Assembly: GCA_035531115.1 (NCBI GenBank) | Contig: DATKTP010000169.1 | Coordinates: forward strand, 1-10,532 | Direction of reading: 5' to 3' | Length of the DNA: 10,532 nt | Source: Candidatus Deferrimicrobium sp. | GTDB lineage: Archaea > Asgardarchaeota > Lokiarchaeia > Helarchaeales > HEL-GB-A | Shown here: positions 1 through 7,197 of the stretch, piece by piece | How positions within the stretch are numbered: the stretch's first letter is position 1 | Layout of the letters: every line of letters begins with the position of its first letter | Translations under genes and position numbers: made by a program | The notes under the pieces: model-generated | Databases searched by the model: none | What the model was told of the DNA's origin: nothing | Seen by the model: the letters and a program-made list of their open reading frames with translations, nothing else

Positions 1-249
1 TGGGCTGGAGGCGTATTTGGTCCTCTCATATATCGTTATACGAAGAAGATTCCCAAACTACGCCGCAAGAACTGCATTAGATGTGCGAATTGCGCAACGG
101 TTTGCCCCAGCGCGGCGATTACCCTTACCCCCTACCCCTCCTTTAACCGGAAAAAGTGTATTCAGTGTCTCTGCTGCGTTGAAACATGCCCCAATGACGC
201 GCTCCGGGTCGGGATTGCAGGCTTTGGTGGGCTTTTAGGCACTCAATAA
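1..249 (+). CDS. 4Fe-4S dicluster (ferredoxin-type) domain protein, C-terminal fragment; 5' end lies outside the window
   Basis: Frame 1 is open from base 1 to TAA at 247-249. It reads ...KNCIRCANCATVCPSAAITLTPYPSFNRKKCIQCLCCVETCPNDALRV..., which contains two CxxCxxCxxxCP cluster motifs. It is missing from the ORF track because there is no Met in the window. The listed 17..238 ORF is in frame 2 and has no motifs. Confidence 0.7.
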   Translation, partial: WAGGVFGPLIYRYTKKIPKLRRKNCIRCANCATVCPSAAITLTPYPSFNRKKCIQCLCCVETCPNDALRVGIAGFGGLLGTQ

Positions 250-286
250 GGAAATCAATTATTAAAAATAAGGAACTTAAAATAAG

Positions 287-808
287 TTATTTATTCCTCA
301 ACCTATGAATTATTGTCTTAATGATTTTTTCGAAAGCAGCTTCTACCTGCACCCCAGTTTTTGCGGAAGTTTCAATATATTCTATCGCTTTCAATTCAGT
401 TGCAAGTTTTTTTCCCTCTTCTTCAGAAATAACCCGCTGATCCGTCAAGTCTGCTTTATTCCCAACGAGAATAAAAGGAACATCACCCGCAAAGGTTATC
501 AGTTCCTTCAACCATGCTCTAATATGATCAAATGTCGCTTTCTGGGTAAGGTCAAATAAGAGAAGCGCTCCATTTGTACCTTGTAAATATTCCTCGCGAA
601 TCGTCTCAAATATTGTCTGACCTGCTAAATCCCAAATAAGCAATTCTGCTTCTATTCCTTCCTCTTGGATCTTAATGGTTTTCAACGCGATATCAAAGCC
701 AATGGTAGGTTTATATTCCTCAATAAATCGCTTATCCACATGGCGGATTATCATTGAAGTCTTTCCTACCGCACCATCTCCTAATACACAAAGCTTCAAA
801 ATATGCAT
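287..808 (-). CDS. Ras/Rab-like small GTPase (173 aa)
   Basis: All G-boxes are present: G1 GDGAVGKT, switch I YKPTIGFD, G3 WDLAGQ, G4 GNKAD, G5 ETSAK. AGAGGA lies about 10 nt upstream of the ATG. There is no C-terminal Cys prenylation motif (the protein ends RLRNK). Confidence 0.9.
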   Translation of the reverse strand: MHILKLCVLGDGAVGKTSMIIRHVDKRFIEEYKPTIGFDIALKTIKIQEEGIEAELLIWDLAGQTIFETIREEYLQGTNGALLLFDLTQKATFDHIRAWLKELITFAGDVPFILVGNKADLTDQRVISEEEGKKLATELKAIEYIETSAKTGVQVEAAFEKIIKTIIHRLRNK

Positions 809-990
809 GATGATTCTTTCCTCTTTCTATCTGTTTCAATATCTTTTGCAATACAATTATTCATTTTATTTTTAATATTTATCGTAAATCTTACTCATTA
901 ATACTGCTTTAAATAATTTTATTACGATAGATTCTTCATAAAAGAATATTGAATAAGTCATTTAAAGATGTTGAATAGGTTTAAAGAATA

Positions 991-1024
991 GAAAAAAATT
1001 GGTAAAAATTTTGATTTTTACCAA
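991..1024 (-). terminator. Hairpin plus oligo-T terminator candidate downstream of the ArsR-family gene
   Basis: Perfect 11-bp inverted repeat ttggtaaaaat (999-1009) / atttttaccaa (1014-1024) with a 4-nt loop, starting 10 nt after the stop codon at 1035-1037. On the minus strand it is followed by a T7 run (complement of 992-998). Confidence 0.5.
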
Positions 1025-1034
1025 TAGTACAATT

Positions 1035-1352
1035 TTATATGTTAATTATTATGCGATCGAGATTGGGTTCGCAGATTTTCTTCACTCCATGACGGCCTGC
1101 TTCATAACGGGGTGTAATTAATCTAGCTTGTTCCAATATTTTAATCTGGGCACTAATATTTGCTTCAGTCTGATTCATTTTTTTAGCAGTTTCACAAACA
1201 TCCATTTTTTGCTTGAGATTTGTTAAAATTTGTAATCGTGTTTTTGAAGCCAGAGCTTTCATGATTATAAATACCATTGGATCTTCTAAATCAAGTTCAA
1301 TAGTACTGGACACTCGGGAGCCTTTTAGGGGAAGTTCTTGCGTTTCAGCCAT
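1035..1352 (-). CDS. ArsR/SmtB-family winged-helix transcriptional regulator (105 aa)
   Basis: The segment ALASKTRLQILTNL...DVCETAKKMNQTEANISAQIKILEQARLI matches the ArsR-type HTH layout (alpha2-turn-alpha3 recognition helix, then a wing RYEAGRHGVKK). The gene is divergent from the radical SAM gene. Confidence 0.75.
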   Translation of the reverse strand: MAETQELPLKGSRVSSTIELDLEDPMVFIIMKALASKTRLQILTNLKQKMDVCETAKKMNQTEANISAQIKILEQARLITPRYEAGRHGVKKICEPNLDRIIINI

Positions 1353-1423
1353 TTGTTGTTGCCCCTCATAATTTGCATTAACTTAACTTTTTTTCTGTCA
1401 ATTACAATTACTTTACTTGATAC

Positions 1424-1501
1424 TCCTATATAAATCTTACAATGCTTTAAAAAACCGTAAAAAACAGCATAAAACTCCTCCTTTTCATATCTCCTATATA
1501 A
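1424..1501. promoter_or_regulatory. Two copies of a TATA-containing module in the 563-bp divergent intergenic region
   Basis: ctcctatataaa occurs at 1424-1435 and 1490-1501. Each copy is followed about 30-36 nt later by aaaaaacagcat. The TATA core is near-palindromic, so orientation is unresolved. The proximal copy lies about 75 nt upstream of the ArsR ATG. Confidence 0.3.
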
Positions 1502-1915
1502 AGCTTTTCCTTTTTTAAGAAAAAAAACAGCATTTTCATAATACGGTTTTTAACATCGCATTTTACAAAGAGAAAAATTATCAATTGACGTTATAAAATT
1601 TTATCGCTTTATAAGTCTTTTAAAACTAAATCTATCCTAGGTATAACTTATTGTAGTACATTAATATATGATTTAGTTTTTCCCTCTATTTTATGAAAAA
1701 AAAATACTATTTCTCTTCGCTTTGTGATCTTACACATTTATAGATATAAAATACTTAGGTTCGATAAATATTGAGTTACCTATTTTTTAAACCGATTAAA
1801 TTTAAATAGTTAGATAGGTATTTCTTTAAAAAATTAACAAAATCTCTCTTCAAACTTGTCTTTTTATTTTTAATAAATAAACTGTGAAGAGAACAGACAA
1901 AAAAGTGATGTAAAA

Positions 1916-3634
1916 ATGAGTTATCTGAGTTATAAAACAGCTGAGATTTCAAGTGAAAAGTATTATAAAGAAGTTACATCTGTGTGTCCAGAATGTATTA
2001 AGGTTATACCTGCTATTATAGAAGAATCTGAAGGTAAAATCTGGCTTAAAAAGAAATGCCCAGAGCATGGAGAATATAAAGACATTTTATCACAGCACCC
2101 TGATTATTATAAGTGGTCACAAAACTTTCTTGTGGAAGGAGTGGCAATTGATCAAGATAAACGCTGTATGCCCGATACTGAGAAGGGCTGTCCATGGGAT
2201 TGCGGAACTTGCCAAAGACATAAGACGACTCCCATTCTTTCCTTAATCGATATTACGAATAAATGCAACCTACGTTGTCCTATTTGTTTTGCGAATGCTG
2301 CAGTGACCGGTAATGTGGTTGAGCCCACCTTTGAAGAAGTAGTTAAAATTATGAAGCATCTTCGTTCCCTAACACCATATTCAAACATTGCCGTTTCATT
2401 TTCAGGCGGTGAACCAACGCTTCGATCAGAATTACCTGATATGATCCGTAAGGCGTATGAGCTCGGATTTCTTCAAGTTATGCTTATTACCAACGGTATT
2501 AAATTCAAAAATCTTGATTATTGCAAGGAAATAAAGGAAACTGGATTACAAACCATTTATATGCAATTTGATGGGACCACTCCTGAAACATGGGAACAGA
2601 CGCGTGGCTTTAATCTTTGGCCAATAAAACAGCGTATTATTAAAAATCTCCGGATCGCTGGCTTTGATAGTGTTGTGCTCGTTCCCACTATCGCTCGCGG
2701 CGTAAGCGATCATGAAGTTGGGAACATTATCCAATTTGCGATCGATAATATTGATATTGTTCGTGCAGTCAATTTCCAGCCGGTCTCGCTCTGTGGGCGT
2801 ATTCCAGCCGATAAACTCGCGGAAATGCGGATTAATATATCCGACCTTATCCATAAAATTGATATACAGACTAATCACGTTCTCAACCCAAATGTCTGGT
2901 ACCCAGTTCCGGTGATCGCCCCAATGGCGAACCTAATAACATGGTATACTGATGTCCCAGGCGTGGATTTTGGTTGCTCTCCCGAATGTGGCTTTGCAAC
3001 TTTCATGGTCTTGAATGATAAGACTGGTGAACTCGATTGTATAACGGATTACTTAGATATTCCAGAATTATTCAGGCTTTCTAATAAATACTGGGATGAA
3101 GTGTGTAAACGGAAGGGCAAATTCCACCGGTTTGAAACCATTACAGGCGGCATTAATGAAATATTCAACTCGAGTATTCCATTTCTCAAAGACATTGGAA
3201 AAGGTTTAGATGGTCTCCACGAGCGTGCTTATAAGCGGTATGTTATGGCGCGGTATTTTCTTGAAGTTTTAGGAACAATTAAGAAGACCGGTAGAGGCAT
3301 TCAATCTGTAAGTAAAATTTTATTGCGGACTAAATGGGAAGATGTAGCCTCATTCATGTATGATACGCTCATGGTGTCATGTATGCATTTTCAAGACTTA
3401 TATTCCATGCGAACCACCCGAACCGAGCGCTGCATAATTCATTATGCAGTTTATGATCGCCGCGATAATACTGTCAAGCAAATTCCATTCTGTACTTATA
3501 ATTCAATCCATCGCCCGTTAATTGAAGCAGCTATCAAAGTTCCAATTTCTCAGGTTGATGAAGGCGAAATTCTCACCATGGAAAAGGAGTACAAGGCGCT
3601 CGAGAAAGAAGCGACGCCTATTGCCAGAGATTAA
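1916..3634 (+). CDS. Radical SAM enzyme with N-terminal Cys-rich domains, Tes/GDGT-MAS-like (putative tetraether lipid synthase family; 572 aa)
   Basis: Radical SAM motif CNLRCPICF (CxxxCxxC) followed by SFSGGEPTL. The N-terminus has a zinc-ribbon-like CPEC...CPEHG and a second Cys cluster CPWDCGTCQRH. Size and domain order fit the archaeal Tes family as I recall it. The family call is inference; the radical SAM call is solid. Confidence 0.88.
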   Translation: MSYLSYKTAEISSEKYYKEVTSVCPECIKVIPAIIEESEGKIWLKKKCPEHGEYKDILSQHPDYYKWSQNFLVEGVAIDQDKRCMPDTEKGCPWDCGTCQRHKTTPILSLIDITNKCNLRCPICFANAAVTGNVVEPTFEEVVKIMKHLRSLTPYSNIAVSFSGGEPTLRSELPDMIRKAYELGFLQVMLITNGIKFKNLDYCKEIKETGLQTIYMQFDGTTPETWEQTRGFNLWPIKQRIIKNLRIAGFDSVVLVPTIARGVSDHEVGNIIQFAIDNIDIVRAVNFQPVSLCGRIPADKLAEMRINISDLIHKIDIQTNHVLNPNVWYPVPVIAPMANLITWYTDVPGVDFGCSPECGFATFMVLNDKTGELDCITDYLDIPELFRLSNKYWDEVCKRKGKFHRFETITGGINEIFNSSIPFLKDIGKGLDGLHERAYKRYVMARYFLEVLGTIKKTGRGIQSVSKILLRTKWEDVASFMYDTLMVSCMHFQDLYSMRTTRTERCIIHYAVYDRRDNTVKQIPFCTYNSIHRPLIEAAIKVPISQVDEGEILTMEKEYKALEKEATPIARD

Positions 3635-3677
3635 ACTTTTTTCTTTTCATCTATTTGAAATGAGAGGCTGAAAAAGA

Positions 3678-3938
3678 ATGGCTACTGAAAAAGAGATAAT
3701 TGCAGTACTTTTTAAGTTAGTGGAAGAAGGCGCCAATCCGCGGGAAGCGAGAGAAGCTATTAACAAACAATTTCCGGATTGGAACGATCGCAAGAAGTTA
3801 AAACCCATTATTCCAAGAGTTGAGAAAATGTTTCCTGCCATTAGGCAAACCTATATCCGAAAGACATCTTACTTCAAAGTTTTTCTCGTAGGTGCAGATA
3901 ATATCCGTGCCCGTGGTAAAAAATTATCTGATCTTTAA
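3678..3938 (+). CDS. Hypothetical small basic protein (86 aa)
   Basis: The ORF starts 44 nt after the radical SAM stop and has GAGAGG about 10 nt upstream of its ATG. I recognise no motif. The antisense ORF 3647..3841 looks spurious. Confidence 0.5.
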   Translation: MATEKEIIAVLFKLVEEGANPREAREAINKQFPDWNDRKKLKPIIPRVEKMFPAIRQTYIRKTSYFKVFLVGADNIRARGKKLSDL

Positions 3939-4099
3939 ATCCCTTCTTAATCCTCTTTTTAAACATCTTATCTATTTTCTAACCTAAACTTTTTAGAGGA
4001 TTAAAGAAAAAATCACATAGACACTTTTCATTTTATTTGTCGTCTCTCGAGTGCAAATCAAAGGTTTAAATAGATAATAGAGCAGTTTGAGGTGAATAA

Positions 4100-5251
4100 A
4101 TGACATCTAGAATCTTTTCAACCGAAGAAGAAGAATTTCGCAAATCTGTTGCCGAATTTGCGGCTGCAAAAATTAGCCCTTACGCGGATCAAATTGACAA
4201 AACTAATGAAATTCCTCAAGATATTTATACAAACATGGCTGAAATGGGTTATTTTGGATTAACGTTTCCAAAAAATTGGGGTGGAACTGAAAAAGGTGTT
4301 TTATATCATTGTATTATAGTGGAGGAATTAGCCCAAGTTTCGGGCGCGGTTTCTATGTCCCGAAATGCAACAATCTATTCGGGAACCCCGATCGCGATGT
4401 TCGGAACCGATCTCCAGAAAAAGAAGTTCCTAAAACCGCTAGCTGAAGGTCAGACCTTGGGCGCGATCTGTATTACAGAACCCGAGGTGGGATCCGACAC
4501 CGCCCGAATGCAGACCAAGGCTCAACTGGATGGATCTACGGGAAACTGGGTTATAAATGGTAAAAAAAGATTTATCACGAATGGTGGTATTGGGCAACAC
4601 ACCGTCTGGGCAATTACCAATCCTGATAATCCTCGAAGAGGGATGAGCTGTTTTATTGTCCCCAAAGACACGCCGGGCTTAACCATAGAGAAACGTCATG
4701 ACTTAATGGGAATGCGTGGAGTCCATAATGCCCAGTTAAAGTTTGAAAATGTGCGTGTTTCCCAAGAAAATGTAATAGGCCATCTTCATCAAGGGTTTGA
4801 TATTTTGATGCAAATGTTTGTTACAGAAAGAGCCACCGCCACTGCTGAAGCAACCGGCTTAATGATGGGTGCCATTAAGACAGCCAAGGACTATGCAAAA
4901 AAACGCGTCCAATTTAATCAACCTATCTCAAATTTCCAAGCTATTCGCCATCTAATTGCGGACATGGTGACTGATTGTTATGCGGCCCGTGTAATGCTCT
5001 ATCATCTCTGTAAATTGATCGATGAGGGTTGGAACCCCTTTAAAGAAGCGGCAATGTCCAAATTATTTGCCGCATCGCGTGGGATCCAAGTCTGCCTCAA
5101 TGCAATTCAAATTTGTGGGGGCGATGGTTACACAAAGGATTACCCCGTCGAGCGCTATCTTCGGGATATGAAACTGATGCAAATTGGTGGCGGAACCGAC
5201 CAGATCCAACGTTTAATAATTGCTCGAGAGGAGCTAGGGCGCGAAATTTAA
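4100..5251 (+). CDS. Acyl-CoA dehydrogenase (383 aa)
   Basis: Strong SD GAGGTG 7 nt upstream. Family hallmarks are present: [59 protein letters not shown], and C-terminal [18 protein letters not shown]. Confidence 0.93.
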   Translation: MTSRIFSTEEEEFRKSVAEFAAAKISPYADQIDKTNEIPQDIYTNMAEMGYFGLTFPKNWGGTEKGVLYHCIIVEELAQVSGAVSMSRNATIYSGTPIAMFGTDLQKKKFLKPLAEGQTLGAICITEPEVGSDTARMQTKAQLDGSTGNWVINGKKRFITNGGIGQHTVWAITNPDNPRRGMSCFIVPKDTPGLTIEKRHDLMGMRGVHNAQLKFENVRVSQENVIGHLHQGFDILMQMFVTERATATAEATGLMMGAIKTAKDYAKKRVQFNQPISNFQAIRHLIADMVTDCYAARVMLYHLCKLIDEGWNPFKEAAMSKLFAASRGIQVCLNAIQICGGDGYTKDYPVERYLRDMKLMQIGGGTDQIQRLIIAREELGREI

Positions 5252-5333
5252 GAAGCTGAGCGTTGAAGACTGCGAATGCCTTTGGTCTTGTAATAGGCTT
5301 GCTTTTTGGCTTTATTGGGACCACAACGTATAA

Positions 5334-5347
5334 TTTTTTTAAAAAAA
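5334..5347. terminator. Palindromic T7/A7 tract between convergent genes (candidate bidirectional oligo-T terminator)
   Basis: tttttttaaaaaaa lies 83 nt after the ACAD stop and 33 nt after the stop of the minus-strand ORF at 5380. Archaeal termination uses oligo-T runs. Confidence 0.4.
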
Positions 5348-5379
5348 GAAGATGCTGGTGTAAACCCGCGCACTAACTC

Positions 5380-5616
5380 CTAGCATCCTTGGTGGGATTT
5401 ATCCTTAATACCTTTGCTAGATTCTCTCATGACGGGTAATATCCCAGCATCACATTCACCTGTCACCGTGGGGGTTGACTCCCATTCATTGATCAGATGA
5501 CGCATCTGCTTCTCATGCAAGAGCCCATCGTCACGGTATTTGCGGTGAATGGGGGTGCTTCTTTCGAAACACAGGTGTTTTCCCTTGCTTGCACAAAATT
5601 TCATCGTTTTCTCCAT
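5380..5616 (-). CDS. Hypothetical Cys/His-containing small protein (78 aa from the SD-preceded Met; the track ORF extends to 5640)
   Basis: The internal ATG at 5614-5616 has GAGGA 5 nt upstream, whereas the ATG at 5638-5640 has no SD. This stretch is locally GC-richer than its surroundings. I recognise no family, so it could be non-coding. Confidence 0.3.
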   Translation of the reverse strand: MEKTMKFCASKGKHLCFERSTPIHRKYRDDGLLHEKQMRHLINEWESTPTVTGECDAGILPVMRESSKGIKDKSHQGC

Positions 5617-6226
5617 TTGTCCTCGGAAGGGAAAAAACATCGACCCGCATTATAACCTAGTTTTTGGAGGCTAAAGAATTTTTGGGATCAACGCATTTTT
5701 AGTCTAAAATTCTTTGTTTAAAGTCTTTGTAATCAAATTCATCCCCAATTTCGAGAATGAGCGGAGATGCAAATACTGGATCTATTCTTTTTATTTGTTT
5801 CAACGTTAAAATATTTTTATCATGTGTAATAATAGGTTGAACATTTAATTAGGGAATGAATATCGCCCCGCACAAGAATAAATGCGTTGGGACTATAAAG
5901 ATTGTAATATCTTTAAACTAATCAAAAATTAGAATGAAAAAATAAGATTCTTCTTGCTTCTTTTTAAAATTCTCCAAAGGATTGCATTGTAATCGTAATT
6001 CTTCTTTGTCGATTGCCTCGAGAATTTTATCATTCCATGACATACAAATTCCTCTGAATCGTTGAATATATCTAACAATTTCCCTAATAAAAATGAGAAG
6101 AATATAGAGATATGCTCTCGATCTTACAAATGCTAAGTTAACTTCAAGAAAATCAAAATAAAAAGAAGGAACATTTGAAAATATGAGAGATCTATATAAT
6201 TGAACTTAAAAGGAGAAAGATAATAA

Positions 6227-7102
6227 TTACTCTGCAGAACCTTTATCATTTTCTTGAATATCTGTCTCTGGTTTAGTATCTGATTCCTTTTCAGGGAGTG
6301 GACCTTTAATGAGCTCTTCTACCTTTTTCACTTTTTTTCTTTTAACTTCTTCTTTAGGTTCTTCTACGAGTTCTTCTTCAGGCAATTCCTCAGGTGCTTC
6401 TTCTAAGTCTTCTTCCGCTTCTCCTTCTTCTTTTGTGCCAATCTTTTCTAAAATCTTCTTTTGATCACCTATAATATCGTAACTTATCGCAGCTCTTGAC
6501 TGGAAACTGTTCATATCGATGTTGAAATCTTCAGGTTTTCCAATTTCCCCTTTATCTAGCAGCGCCGACCTTGTGAGTAACCAGAAAAGTAACGCGAGGG
6601 CTTTTCTGCCACGATTATTCGCTGGAACACATAAGTCTATATTGCCCATGTTATTATCGGTATCACAGAAACTGATGACAGGAATTTTTGCAATTTTCGC
6701 TTCCTTTAAGGCTTGTTTATCGGCTCGCGGATCGGTGATTACTAGTAGATCACATTCAATAAAACTGCGTGCATTAGGATTCGTCAATGTGCCAGGAACA
6801 AATCTGCCAGGAATTGCATGACTACCAATTAACCGCGCAAATTGTTGAATAGGATTATGCCCATAACGCCGCGCAGAAACAATCACGATTCGATCTGGAT
6901 CAAATCGTGAAATAAACTTAGAGGCAATGCGCATTCGTTCGTCAGTCTTTCTGATATCAATTACATAGAGCCCTGCTCTTGTAATTCGATAAATAAATTC
7001 TTCCATATCCTTAGTTTTAATCTGGGTTCCTATATGAATACCTGCGGCCAAGTACTGATCTCGGGGTAATAAGAGATCATCCTCTTTTACTTCTTCCGTC
7101 AT
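6227..7102 (-). CDS. rps2: 30S ribosomal protein uS2 (S2/SA type) with a long charged C-terminal extension (291 aa)
   Basis: The core LLAAGIHIGTQ...YVIDIRKT...IVIVSAR...GRFVPGTLTNP...LLVITDPRADKQALKEA..IPVISFCDTDN is the archaeal/eukaryotic uS2 fold. Residues from about 205 to 291 are E/K/P-rich low complexity. Confidence 0.93.
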   Translation of the reverse strand: MTEEVKEDDLLLPRDQYLAAGIHIGTQIKTKDMEEFIYRITRAGLYVIDIRKTDERMRIASKFISRFDPDRIVIVSARRYGHNPIQQFARLIGSHAIPGRFVPGTLTNPNARSFIECDLLVITDPRADKQALKEAKIAKIPVISFCDTDNNMGNIDLCVPANNRGRKALALLFWLLTRSALLDKGEIGKPEDFNIDMNSFQSRAAISYDIIGDQKKILEKIGTKEEGEAEEDLEEAPEELPEEELVEEPKEEVKRKKVKKVEELIKGPLPEKESDTKPETDIQENDKGSAE

Positions 7103-7151
7103 AACTCAATCTCTCTTTAAATCTCTCTAAATCATTGGGTAAGATCTTTCT

Positions 7152-7197
7152 AAATCTATTTGGTCAAAGGTTATAAATCTATTTGGTCAAAGGTTAT
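7152..7197. repeat. Perfect 23-bp tandem duplication (aaatctatttggtcaaaggttat x2) spanning the dnaG stop codon
   Basis: Copy 1 is at 7152-7174 and copy 2 at 7175-7197, and they are identical. Read directly from the sequence. Confidence 0.95.

Noticed and set aside
17-238. Track ORF of 73 aa on the plus strand
   Set aside because: It is in frame 2 and has no recognisable motifs. Frame 1 over the same bases encodes two textbook CxxCxxCxxxCP ferredoxin motifs and is open to the window edge, so the real gene is the frame-1 fragment 1..249.
3947-4004. 10-bp inverted repeat ttaatcctct / agaggattaa downstream of the 86-aa ORF
   Set aside because: The 38-nt loop is unstructured and the element is AT-rich, so it is within chance expectation. 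It could contribute to termination but cannot be supported as a discrete feature.
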